Source: Hormiphora californensis
Lineage: Eukaryota > Animalia > Ctenophora
Length of the DNA stretch: 64,000 bases
Assembly: GCA_020137815.1 (NCBI GenBank)
Contig: CM035354.1
Coordinates: forward strand, 2,418,001-2,482,000
Direction: 5' to 3'
The notes beneath the pieces are model-generated. The model was not told the origin of the DNA. It did not search any database and worked only from the letters and a program-made list of their open reading frames with translations. The first letter of the stretch is position 1, and each line of letters starts with the position of its first letter. Positions 48,153-61,004 of this stretch are shown one piece after another. The position numbers and the translations under genes are program-made.

Positions 48153-48261
48153 CAGGAACCGACCGAAACAAGTAAACAACCAATCAGAACTCGTTATTTA
48201 GGTCACGTGACTGGTTATCAGCCAATCAGGGACCAGTATTTCCTGATTCGGTCGGTACCTG
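48153..48261. mobile_element. 109-bp hAT-type MITE (copies at 61505-61612 and 62554-62662; partial at ~40960-41026)
   Basis: TIR CAGGAACCGACCGAA, with 8-bp TSD CTTTCTT(A/G). Confidence 0.85.
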
Positions 48262-49513
48262 CTTTCTTGCTTATTAGCAGAGCTTCATTGTAATTGGAGA
48301 ATAGCGTTTGAAGGTTCGGGGAAAGCTATAAATACATGGGGGAAATTCATGTCATAATGAGATACTATGGTTGCCTTTTATAAAATGAAATGTCACAGTT
48401 ATAAACAAAACGTATTAATCATTATATCCTCGTAAACCCATTATTTTCTGACAGTTCTCTCTCTCTCTCTCTCTCGCCGTTTCAGCCAAAGAGAAGTTCC
48501 AAAACAATGATGAGGGAATTCACGAATATCAAGGGAACTGAAAGAGATAGCGGGGGTTAATATGGTGCTGGTCTTAAAAGAAATGAGGGTCAATGCTCTG
48601 ACAGGTTAATGTAGGAGCAGGTGAAGTCATTGCAATGACAATCAATGCATTGATTGAAAACCTTTGTAGCTACAAGTACACGTGGAATGGTAACATTACC
48701 GCACACATGGTTTGAGGTGTAGCTACCCTTGGTTAATTGCACATGAAATATATGAAAATTGTCATTATTACCGAAATTCATGGCTGATATATTGTCAGGC
48801 CAATGCTCTGACAGCTGATATAAGTCTTCACCGATATTATAACCAAAATTGCAAGATAAATGAGATTCATTATGGGTCTCAAAGAGCTAAAACTTTGATA
48901 AACGTCAATGGGTGGCACTGAAAGTGACCACCCATGGAGTTGATTGGTGAACTTCAATTTATACCCAGATTTGCAATTTCAAAATCAAATCAGCGAAGAA
49001 TATATAGACATTTCATTCAGTAGAAATAGACATTTCATTCAGAGTACTGTCACACACTCTCCCCCTCTCTCTATCTTTATCTGTCTCCTTTTCACTAGCA
49101 TCTCCATTATACAGAACAAAATTCGTTGAGTATTTCATAGCCCTACCACTACCACTACCAAGCTTGCGCTTCAGAACACATTTTCGAAATGTATTTATGA
49201 CCTGCACATCTCTTCTTCTAATTTAGAATGTTGTCCATAATGATAAGTAATACATGACTGTATAGGACAGTCATATATGAGACAAAGGAGAGTGCTGTAG
49301 TCACAACTTATTCACAATTGTGTGATCTATAATATTTAGTAGGGTCGCTTACTTGTCATGAGTGTCCGTACACTGGAAATCAATTCCACCATTTTAGTTT
49401 TCATTCCGGGTGCCTGGTCCCCATACGAAAACTGGTCAGGCTGAGCGGTCCAACCAACTGAAACATGACGTGTCAATATATTATAGTGGTTAACTGTTAT
49501 CCTCTATAGTGTT

Positions 49514-49926
49514 ACGGGCTCCCTTGCACCTCGGGAGATCTCCGCGGGAGATCTCCCGTTGATCTCCCAGAAAAGTATAATTTTTTAACTTTTTGTTGAA
49601 ATTGGAAAAATATCGGTTGTTACCGACTAATTTGGACCCGCTGAACACGATCCAGCCCTCAGAAAAGCTCTCAAAAGTCAAGAACATGCTCAAAATTGAA
49701 ATTTTTGTTCACGGCTAAGAATACACATAAACACAAAATATTAATTTTGAGCATGTTCTTGACTTTTGAGAGCTTTTCTGAGGGCTGGATCGTGTTCAGC
49801 GGGTCCAAATTAGTCGGTAACAACCGATATTTTTCCAATTTCAACAAAAAGTTAAAAAATTATACTTTTCTGGGAGATCAACGGGAGATCTCCCGCGGAG
49901 ATCTCCCGAGGTGCAAGGGAGCCCGT
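49514..49926. mobile_element. Near-perfect palindromic element (185-bp arms, ~45-bp spacer)
   Basis: 49514-49698 is the reverse complement of 49743-49926. Diverged related sequence lies at 30100-30330. Confidence 0.8.
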
Positions 49927-50774
49927 TACATGTCAACATTATAGTGGCACAAGTTATAGCTGTTCACAGCTGTCAGACCAAGGCTCTGACCCCAGTTCTC
50001 GCATGCTCCTCCTTATTTGAAAGAAATGAGAATAGCGTCAGGCCAATGACTGGTTCACAGTTGGGGGAAAACCTGTCACTAACAGGGGTATGATAGCTAT
50101 AGATCTGTGAAATATGACAGGGACCTGGGACGCTTTATTTGGTCTAATTGTGCAGGATAAATATTATGATGGGATTTCAGGATTAAATGGGGATTAAATA
50201 GGGAGGAAAGGAAGGAAAGTTACAACATTTAGAGCCGGTATATGACAAAATAAATAGATCATCGTCTACGGGCTCTACCAACGAAGGCATAGCTCGCTAT
50301 AATGACAGGTGGCTACCACTAGAAAGTATTTCGAATGGATATTGCGAAGAAGGGTGGGGTGTTAAAATCTCATTTTAAATACGCTCGTCGAGAGATTAGT
50401 CCAAGCTCCAGGTAAGACTGTCAAGCATTTTCGCTAGTATCTCATCATAACACTTACTTTTACTAAGAAACCGTTCTTCGTTGAGGATTGCCATTGCATT
50501 GATAATCAGTACACCAGCCTCTATCAGACTGTAAATCCCAAAACCCATCCTAAATTAATTGAAATTGAGGTTAGGAACAGTGCTATTGTAGAAGGGTGTC
50601 AGGGATAATTAGTGACTGTTTATTTTCAAAAAAGTTCTTGACTTACACAAAAATATATGGTCACATCATCATATATACGCACAGAAATCCTCTTTACGAC
50701 ATGTAGCTATTATCACACCCAGGATTAAATTACAACAACAATAACAACAACATAAAAACGGGGTTAAAAACGGT

Positions 50775-53006
50775 TTATTTTCTCAAAAAATCGGGCAAAC
50801 TCTCCTCCACCTCGGAGAGAAGGGATGACAAGGGATCGTTAAAGTCCTTTTGTTTTTGGGCCCCTGTGGCCTGTTGTCGACGGAGTGTGCCTGTTGTCGC
50901 CGGTTCCGCCGCTATGTCTTGAAACAGGTTTAAAGTTTCCATATCGGCCTGAGAAATGACAGGAGCTGCAGCCACGGGGCACAGGGAGTCTCTCTGGGTT
51001 TCGGGACCGGAACACTCTGAAAATTCCTCCTCCTCTTCCTCCTCTCGAGGTTCGCAAGGGGTGGTCCCATTTATCGAAGATGCGGCCGAGGGGGTCTCAG
51101 AGTCAAGTACACAACCGAGACTAACATTTCCCTTCAGGACGTCCCGGACCTGCAACATAATAACAACAAGTGAATCATTGGACACAATTGAGCTAAAAAG
51201 ATAGCTAAAAAGGTAGTAAGCTGCACCCACAAGGTACGACCCCATTCCGCAAGCCCCCATGTTTTTGTTCCGCATGGACACGACACAAAACGCGCGTGGC
51301 GAATGTGCTGACACTTCCAACAATGCAGAGTTTGCTGCGCCGCGCGCCACAACATTGCAACCCGGTTTACTGAAGAAAGTGAGACCGATACGCAGGGCCA
51401 CACACACTGAAACACGACTCTGAAATTCTACCTGTTTGAGAGCGGCTACAGCGAGAAGTAACCTATCCTCTTGTTCGGTGCCCTCCTCACATATTTGGCC
51501 TGCCGTACCCTGTAGTTCGTCAATAATGGAGTCAAGTCTTTTCCCACAGTACTGTGCAACCCTTCTATCTTCTGTCTCTTCGCAACTGAACAAGTGTTAA
51601 ATCAGAATAACAACTCACAACTCACGTCATTTAAATATGATATCTCGTACCTTTTTGAAGCCTTCCCCTCCACTCTAAGCTCTGGTGCAGATCTTGTTTG
51701 ACCCACAACCACCCCTCCAGTAGTCCCCCCTCTAGTTGAACTGGCACTACTGGTTCTGGAAGAGGGGGTAACAACAACACGAGCTGCAGAGGAGGTAACA
51801 CTACCGGTCCGAGAGTGGACGCTATCAGAACGAGGGATGGTTGAGGTAGACGAGTTGAGACGAGTTTTCCGGTCCAGGCGGGCAGTGGGAGGCAGTGTGG
51901 TACGGCGGGGTCGGTACTGGAGGTTCGGTGGACATGGGTATCTCTGTGCATGGGGGGGGGGGGGGGGTAATTAGGGGGGTAGTTAATTACACAGTAATAA
52001 TTATGGGTAGTTAATTAGTACTATTTAGCGACAGTTAATTATAATTAGTATGACAAAGATCCATTATATTCACAGTGAACTTACTCCGGGATTCCTCAGA
52101 AAAAGAGCTTTGGAGATGAAAAAGTTGACATGTTGAGTTTCAGGGTATCGTAGCAGGAGGCTGAGACAGCCGGTATAGTCACTACAAAGCAGTGAATCCC
52201 GGACAAATAAGAGCATTGCAATACACACAAACTCTACCATCCCCTGGAAGTCTGGACTGGCAAAGAGGGAATCCCATAGTATCAGGAGGTTCTTCAGGGA
52301 AAATTCCCGACCAAAGAGTAGCCTCATCCACTTCAAACCGTATAACTGAAACACACTGTGTTAAACCACAACTCTAAAGGAAAATTCCTACCCGAAAACT
52401 CTAAAATACACACACCTGAGGCTGAATGCCGAATTTCTGTAAGTGCTGTTGCAGCTCCTGGTCAAATCGTTTGAGGGTAACGGACTGCAACTCCTCAAGT
52501 GTGTGTACAATAAACGTGGAGGGTTTGTTGGGTTCGGGTTTAAATAGCTGCTGGATTTCACTCTCCGTCTTGGGAGTATCCTGTAACACATTATGAGTCT
52601 GAGAAATTCACAACTTAATTTTAGGATCCAATAACTGAATCCTATCTTTATAACCGTGATATATGAGAAGTAGTGATTGATTGATAGTATTATAATAAAA
52701 AAACGATCCCTTAGTTTAATTCCAGATAGCATACCTTGGCGACAGTGTCAGTAGCAAAGTAGGGACGTGTCTTGGCCATGAGTGCAATATAGCACCAATA
52801 CAGATCGTGTTCCAGGTGCTCAATAGAAAGGACAGAATGGGTCTCGTGGGTATATGACGTCACGACGTCGTGTACTAGATGGTAATCTGTGTAGAATACG
52901 TATACCAGTGCTGCCAATAGCTCGTGCATCCCCTGAGTGTGTAGAGAGGAGTACATCTTGATTTCGATTCATCGGCTAAGTATATTTGTATGAACCAACA
53001 AACAAA

Positions 53007-53048
<42 letters not shown>

Positions 53049-54513
53049 AAGATAGATAGAAAGATAGAAATAAACGAACACTCACCTGTTTGTACATTAT
53101 GTCGGGGTGCTCCCGAGCGTAGATAAAAAGTATGTTCAACATAAGTTCCTGTATTTCAGGTTGCTCAAACATCAGTTCACCGGGATAAGTTCGGTGGAGA
53201 TCTTGCTGGATTACTTTTCGTAGTTCGTTGTCCATGAAAAACTGGTTCCACGGACTCTGAAAAATTCAGGGGTGGGGTATAGAAAAGGGAGAAAGTTTAT
53301 CAGATTATTAGTAACTTATTATCTTAACTTATTATCTTAACTTATTATCTTCCATAGTGGAGCTGTGTCACGTGTATATTCATGGACTACCATGCCATCC
53401 CTAATGTCACGTGTATATTGAACTACCATCCCATCCCTAATGTCACGTGCTGCACTCGAGATTGAAAAAGAGGGGATATATTATATCAGCAATTAGAGAG
53501 AAAGAGAGACTCCCAGCGCCACTATTTTTCTAACTCCAATTGATACCTTTTCCTCCTGAGATAGAGGATTGTTGACCGTTAGGGACATGTCAATATCACG
53601 TTGGTGAGGATCTACCACGTATATTGCCTTCAGCTCATCATACCTCTCTCTGTTACACTCCATGATGAACAACCACCGGTTTAGATCGCCAGGCAGGACA
53701 CCCAGAAACAACTATAGAGGCCAGGTGGGTTATGGATTAGTACAGCTATAAGACACCGAGGGGATTGTACAATATTAGTACTTAATTCACTGAAGATATT
53801 TTCTGGTAAATTCTGGATGATATATCAGAGTTGAAATGGGGCTGTTTGTTAAGGTCCCCACTGCCCAGGCAAATTAAATGATGTGTTACATGTAACTACC
53901 TGCCAGATGACGGAACGAAAGTTAGTAGAATTCAGCTGTCCAGTTAGAGCTGCCTCCTTTAACCGTGAGAGGAACATGGGTGTTCTAAATGTCCTCTCCC
54001 ATTCACCCTCTAAAGTCTCGTCCCGAGCATGGTCTATTGTCAGCAGCTCAGATCTCTTTTCTATAACCAGGGCCGAGTGGAGGGATTGGTCTTGGTATAG
54101 ATAATCTGGGGGATAGAGGAGGGATTGGTCTTGGTATAGATAATCTGGGGGATAGAGGAGGGATTGGTCTTGGTATAGATAATCTGGGGGATAGAGGAGG
54201 AATTGGTCTTGGTATAGATAATCTGGGGGATAGAGGAGGGATTGGTCTTGGTATAGATAATCTGGGGGATAGAGGAGGAATTGGTCTTGGTATAGATAAA
54301 CTGGGGAGTGGGGGATAGAGGAGCTCAGATCTCTTTTCTATAACCAGGGCCGAGTGGAGGGATTGGTCTTGGTAGAGATAATCTTGGGGAGAGAAGGAGG
54401 GATAAAATAAAGAATTGCAAGAAAGATTGAAACTCACAATCATCATCGTTTGGATCGGGGCCTGGTGGGGGTGTCGGGGCTGGCTGATCAGAGGTAGAGT
54501 AAGTCCTGGACAT
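50775..54513 (-). CDS. TBC1D5: TBC1 domain family member 5 (Rab7 GAP)
   Basis: Motifs FRSVIWQLFLGVLP, NNPLSQEE, IQQDLHRTYP (IxxDxxR), YKQGMHELLA, YGLKWMRLLFGREF and C-terminal LKQVRDVLKG. Confidence 0.88.
54047..54384 (-). repeat. 39-bp VNTR spanning the TBC1D5 exon-2 splice acceptor
   Basis: Unit TCCTCTATCCCCCAG|ATTATCTATACCAAGACCAAT(C/T)CC repeated about 6 times, plus a duplicated 60-bp exon start. Confidence 0.9.
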
Positions 54514-54623
54514 TCCTTCTCATCTCTATTCCTAGCTGTTAGTAGAAAGACATGTATTATCTCTATTCCTAGCTGTTAGTAGAAAGACATGTATTATTTC
54601 TATTTCTAGCTGTTAGTAGAGAG

Positions 54624-57421
54624 TAGGGTGTGCCAGTTGCCCCGACCTCTTCCGATTTTTGCAGAAGTTTTTTTGGGAGTTGCTTTTGATAATATAAACA
54701 CAATTGTGAAGTTTGAAGCCAATCGGATGTAGTTAACCGGTGGCACCGTGGCTATAAAGGTTATAGCCACATGCGCGGGAAGTAGCACTTCCCAAACGGC
54801 TCCAAGATACTCCTACGGACTTTTTAACCACCTTAATCGAACCGCAATATAATGTTAATATACGATTTATGAAGAAATATATAGCCTAAAGTCAACCGTT
54901 TACAAGTTATTGGCCAAAAACCACATTACAATATATCAAAATAGTTGCGCATATGACCAGATATGCCCAGATGTGCTAAACCGTTGAATATCTTGACTGG
55001 CAAATTGGGTTTTCGATATGAGCGTTTGTAGAGTTGCCTTAGACCCTCTCTGATTATGTTAGGACCATATGACCATGGTTCAGCCCGATCCACGCCCGTT
55101 TCCAACCATCTAATCGCTAGGGTAGTGAGCAAACCAGGATTTGGTCTATTTTATGAAGCTAAATATCAGATTTCCGGCATGAAACCCATCAAACTTCAAT
55201 TATTTGAGGTCCCTCATCCACCATGTAGCTTGGTAGATGGTATTGGCCCTCTAGGCGGTTGTATTAGTTCTTGTGGACAAACTAGACAGGAAGGCAAGTG
55301 CCAAAACTCCTATAATTAGCCGGCACCCAAAAGTTGACCACTTCCTGGCTATTCAAGTCAGCAAAAAGGACTAATACTGCCGCCTAAAGGGCCAATACCA
55401 TCTGCCAAGCTACAAGGTGAATGAGGGACCTCAAATAGTTGAAGTCTGATGGGTTTCATGCCGGAAATCTGATATTTAGCTCCATAAAATAGACCAAATC
55501 TTGGTTTGCTCACTACCCTAGCGATTAGATGGTTGGAAACGGGCGTGGATCGGGCTGAATCATGGTCATTTGGTCCTAACCTAGTCAGAGAGGGTCTAAG
55601 GCAACTCAACTACAAACGCTCATATCGAAAACCCAATTTGCCAGTCAAGATATTCAACGGTTTAGCACATCTGGGCATATCTGGTCATATGCGCAACTAT
55701 TTTGATATATTGTAATGTGGTTTTTGGCCAATAACTTGTAAACGGATGACTTTAGGCTATATATTTCTTCATAAATCGTATACTAACATTATATTGCGGT
55801 TCGATTAAGGGTACGCTAACCAAAAATTTTTTTCGAGTGCAGGGAAATCTCTCACCGTAGGGTTGTAGGCCATGCCAAGGAGACCTCAAATATGCAATTT
55901 GAGCTCTCAAGTCGAATTCATATTTTTGCTACAGCTGCTTGAAAAATGAACTGAAAATAAGTTTTTGGCATCTTAAAAATACATTTGTAAAGATAGGATC
56001 ATAAAAATTTGTGGATTTGAAGAGGACAAAGAGGTGAGTAGCCACAAAAAATTTTTTTGAAATCCGAGCTGATTTCCGGTCCTGAGATGGATTTCTTTTT
56101 TTTTACTTTAACGCCATATTTGGCCAAGTTCCGAAAATATGTGAAAGCTGTAAATTGGTGAAAAGTTGCGTCTAACGATTATCTAAGTGGCCATAAATTT
56201 TGGGCGCGTCCTTATTTGAGATAAGCTGTACAGAGTTTTTTTTGTGAAAGCCGTCATTTCAGAAATAAATAAATTCCCTGTATCTCAAAAACGGCTGATC
56301 GTAGAGACCTGAGACTATGCTTAAACGATTCAGAAGGTCCGATTTTGGGGGGGTCTTCTGAGAGACATTTTGCTCCTACTTCAACCGTTTTTGCTGTAAT
56401 TGCGAAAAACAAAAACCCATCTTCGCCATCGTGGATTTTTTGTGATTTTGTTTTTGGTGATTATAGGGACCCATATGGACCAAATAGTGAAGGAATTAGC
56501 TTGTTACACATTTTTCCATAGTTTCGGTCCTTTCTTAGCTAAAATTCCTTAATTACAGGATATTGGAGTTTAGCTTTTGCCCTTTTCATAGAATTTGTTT
56601 TTCGCAATTACAGCAAAAACGGTTGAAGTAGGAGCAAAATGTCTCTCAGAAGACCCCCCCAAAATCGGACCTTCTGAATCGTTTAAGCATAGTCTCAGGT
56701 CTCTACGATCAGCCGTTTTTGAGATACAGGGAATTTATTTATTTCTGAAATGACGGCTTTCACAAAAAAACTCTGTACAGCTTATCTCAAATAAGGACAC
56801 GCCCAAAATTTATGGCCACTTAGATAATCGTTAGACGCAACTTTTCACCAATTTACAGCTTTCACATGTTTTCGGAACTTTGCCAAATAGGGCGTTAAAG
56901 TGGAAAAAAAGAAATCCATCTCAGGACCGGAAATCAGCTCGGATTGCAAAAAAAATTTTTGTGGTTATTCACCTTTATGTCCCCTTCAAATCCCCAAATT
57001 TTCATGCTCCTATCTTTAAAAAAATTTTTTTGAGATGCCAAAAACTTATTTTCAGTTCATTTTTCAAGAAGCTGTAGCAAAAATATGAATTCGACTTGAG
57101 AGCTCAAATTGCATATTTGAGGTCTCCTTGGCATGGCCTACAACCCTACGGTGAGAGATTTCCCTGCACTCGAAAAAAATTTTTGGTTAGCGTACCCTTA
57201 AGGTGGTTAAAAAGTCCGTAGGAGTATCTTGGAGCCGTTTGGGAAGTGCTACTTCCCGCGCATGTGGCTATAACCTTTATAGCCACGGTGCCACCGGTTA
57301 ACTACATCCGATTGGCTTCAAACTTCACAATTGTGTTTATATTATCAAAAGCAACTCCCAAAAAAACTTCTACAAAAATCGGATGAGTTTGAAAATTTCA
57401 TGGGGCAACTGGCACACCCTA
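54624..57421. mobile_element. hAT-type palindromic non-autonomous element (outer)
   Basis: 8-bp TSD GTAGAGAG (54616-54623, 57422-57429), TIR TAGGGTGTGCCAGTTGCCCC, and long inverted arms centred near 55330. Confidence 0.9.
55809..57197. mobile_element. Kolobok-like palindromic element nested in the right arm of the hAT element
   Basis: TTAA|GGGTACGCTAACC...GGTTAGCGTACCC|TTAA. The uninterrupted left arm shows the single TTAA empty site (CACCTTAATCGA, 54829). Confidence 0.9.
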
Positions 57422-57650
57422 GTAGAGAGACATGTATTATTTCTAGCTGTTACAAATACCGCGTGACCCAATAAAAAGGGAGGGTATTATATGTATTGAC
57501 AGTTATTTGGAGGACAACAAAACTAAAAAAAACAAAGACCTGTCTTGGTAACAAAGATGTGATAAAACGAATTCAAATATAATCGGTAAAATATGTTTTG
57601 CAGCAGTCTCTCTCATATATTGCAGTGGTATAATATCATGTATATTAGCA

Positions 57651-57839
57651 TGTACTAGTTTGTATCACAATGTACAATGTACCACAATGTACTAGTTTGT
57701 ACCACAATGTACAATGTACCACAATGTACTAGTTTGTACCACAATGTACAATGTACCACAATGTACTAGTTTGTACCACAATGTACAATGTACCACAATG
57801 TACTAGTTTGTACCACAATGTACTAGTTTGTACCACAAT
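57651..57839. repeat. Minisatellite (GTACTAGTTTGTACCACAATGTACAATGTACCACAAT)n
   Basis: About five 37-bp units built from TGTACCACAA subunits. Confidence 0.9.
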
Positions 57840-58077
57840 ACCTTACCAGGACTCTGCCAATCAGTCTTTTTGTAGAAACTCTGATCCTGACCAGTCAGGA
57901 TTTCAAGATAACCCACGTATTAGCGTAGTAGAGACGGCTGACGGGATCGATAACAAGTATCGCCGGTTATAATAAGTAATAACCTTCGTAGTTAGAGCCA
58001 CTAAACAGCAGCACAGCAATCACCAAACGAAAAGATCGCCACTTTAACTAGAGCTAAAGTTATATCGTGCTGATGAC

Positions 58078-60519
58078 TCATTTACCCCCATGTGGTCCAC
58101 CCGGTACCCCTCCTCCTCCAGATGTAGACGGGCCACTGTGATTAGTAAGTTTGTCGGGCTTGGTCTCTGTCATGTTCTGGTTGATTAGGAAGATGAACTT
58201 TAGGGAACAAATCTCAATGACACACTGGTGATGGAGCTTCGTGTGACAACCTGGAGAAAGAGGTTTGATTAGAACTTATAACATGGGGTTTAAATTGGAA
58301 TAATACCAAGAGATAATAATGTTACATAATATTTTATTTGTACTAAAGCCTTTGTACTAAGTGTACTACACATTTACTGTAAGATTAAATTATACTATGT
58401 ACTCCGTGTACTAGTGTGTACTAAAATAACCTTGTATGACCGGGTGTCCGTCAATATATATTGGCCGCTTGCCAAAATTCCACAGGAAGAACTCCCCACC
58501 GTGGAACTTTATAATGCCCTGTTTTAGGGAGATCTTCCATGCTGGACCCTCCAGGGAGAAATCCACATCCACTTGATGGGTCGGGGTAGCTCTACCCAGG
58601 GTGATTTCTTTGCTTCTCATTAAATATCGGACCAGCCTAGATAACAGGGGGGTGGAGGGTGGGATCTATGTAAGTTGTATGTTGGGGGAGCTGCTAAGAA
58701 AAGTCGGTAGAAGGACTGGAATGTTTGAAAATAGGATCTAAAAGAACTAAAGAAAGGGGGGGGAGCACTCCTCTTACCGTCCTCGAAGGGCAGCATAAGT
58801 TTCATTATCCAGATCAAATGAGAACGGACCATTATCAGGACCCCCTACCATAGTGTGCCAATGTTTAATCTCGTCTTCCAACTTCCGGATCTCTAACTTG
58901 TGCCTCCTGTCAATCTTCCTCATTTCACTTTGCAGAACGGGGTCCGGCTGCTCTGATAACAGTTCTTCGTCCGTCATCTGTGTAATGAGGAGGATTTAGG
59001 GGAAAGGAGCAGACAGCTGAGAGTTGGGAGAAATATTATGATGGGGCTAGTTCAGATTTGAACTATAGCGACAGGGGGAGGGGGTAGCAGCAAAGGCTTT
59101 AAAATTTTGGGTTCCATCCAAAAAGTAGGTTCAACACATGTGTGTACAATATTATGCACTGCGTAATTCGAAACCTGGACCACGCGATTTTAGTATCCTA
59201 TCATTCATGTCGTATATAATGTCGTTGTAGAAATGTTTTTAGCATATTTTGAATTTTCATCATAAAAAAGTTGTCCTAAATTTAAGTTATAATTCTTACG
59301 ACAACTCCCCGACTAATTTAACAGCTGATCTGATAATCATACATAATAGCATTTTAGTCTCAACTGTCTCAACTATCAGTTTAATATTCTCAGAATATTT
59401 CGAGACATTAATTTAAGGGTATTAAAACTAGGTAATTGTTATATGTAATACAAATTAATATATTACAGTCGGACCCCGATTTACCGGGAAGCTCGTGGGG
59501 AAGGGTTTTGCCCAGTAAATCGGGGTGCCCGGTAAATGGGGGTCGGACTGTACCTGTTCCTCGACATCGGAAAAGTTAAGTACGCTCTCAGCCAGGTTTT
59601 GTGGTTGAACACTTTGATCAGCTAAGAGGGAATACTGTCTCAATCGTTCCCACTGAATCATCAAGTCACGCGGTGTCCTGGATAAGGGAGAGAGAGAGAG
59701 GGGAGAGAGGGGGAGAGAGAGGGGGGGGTTAGAGAGTTGTGTGGTAACTTATTCCTATGAACTACATAAGTAATATTTTGATTAGATTACCGGACAAATT
59801 ATGCCGACGTTTGGTAATGAAATTACCCCTCCGCACTATTATAATGGGGCGACTTCTAATACCGACGTTATGTCACATACCGAGCCGGGTAGAATATTAG
59901 GGGGTGCTGATGAAGGAGAGAAGCAAAGAAATCAATTTTGGGTTGTGATGATGCCTCCACTTGTTGCAGGATGGCTTCCTCCTTGGAGCTCCACAGGGCC
60001 TTTCTCTCTATGGCACTCTTTTCCTCCAATGTGAGGTTTGCTATGGCTGCAGTTGCTGGGTTCGATATTTCTGGGATGTATAACAACTGATACCATCTCT
60101 CCTCTATCTGCAATACCATTGTAATCGGGGTTGTAATTAGAATGAGGAAACAAAATTAGACTATTTAAATTAATTAATACATAGCTAATTAAACGCTAAT
60201 TAACAACTAATTAAACGCTAATTAACAACTAATTAATCGCTAATTAACAACTAATTACCTCCTGATAAGTGTGTTTCTGGGAGAACTTGACACACTTGTG
60301 AACCATTGCTAGATCACAACACTGCTGCACAGCCAGCACCAGTTTCAGATCATCCTTAGCAGACCATGTTGTTTGGGGTAGGAGGGTCTGTTTCGGGTTG
60401 GGAGAGCGTCTCACACGGCGTGTTAGGCGTTCTGTCACTATCAGTTTAGTGGGCAGAATGGGTTCAGTCGCATCGGGGTCCTCGTGTTTCTTTCGCTTTA
60501 TCGAGCGTGGTCTGATCAT
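58078..60519 (-). CDS. MCRS1: Microspherule protein 1 (INO80/NSL subunit, FHA domain)
   Basis: Motifs WSAKDDLKLVLAVQQ, VHKCVKFS, IEERWYQLLY, LNFSDVEE and LGRATPTHQVDVDFSLEGPAWKISLKQGII. Six exons, stop at 58078-58080. Confidence 0.93.
59466..59550. mobile_element. 85-bp Tc1/pogo-like MITE
   Basis: TA|CAGTCGGACCCC...GGGGTCGGACTG|TA. Confidence 0.7.
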
Positions 60520-61004
60520 GGCATTTTAGTTATAGGATAGAAAGATTTCGAATCTCTCGTGACACCAATCTACCAAGTCCATATATTTGTAGACATTCTT
60601 GGTCAAGTGCCATCCCCAATTATTATTATAGGGGCGTATAATAATGATATAGGACGTGCTCTCGTGTGAGGTCACGCACATTACCAAAACTTACCGTGAC
60701 GTTCGACGTGGTTTATCCGTGGAATTTACTGGATTTGAATCGTCACCACCACTCATATCAAGCTACAATAATTTAGACTAATTATTACTACAAAATGGGA
60801 GGAAAATCAAACCAAATCATTGTTAGGTGACGATATATATCTAAAAACCGGGTAAAAATAGCTGACAAAAACGGTAAAAATGCGAATAAATAGGTCTTTT
60901 TTTTCTCACACAAACAATCACGGTCCACAATCACAATAACATGCCTAATGTTCGATTTAAAACAATTAAAAAAGTGGGGGAAGTAATTAAACTCTCTCTA
61001 CAAT

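Noticed and set aside
49490-49944. Mirror-image ORF pairs (also 54926..55715)
   Set aside because: They are by-products of palindromic MITEs and have no transposase motifs.
51150-51431. 94 extra residues in ORF 50775..51593
   Set aside because: This is a stop-free 282-nt GT-AG intron. Removing it restores the conserved LKQ-VRDVLKG motif.
57651-57839. CRISPR-like array (also considered for 54047-54384 and 1225-1570)
   Set aside because: Contiguous tandem units without unique spacers, eukaryotic context, and no cas genes.
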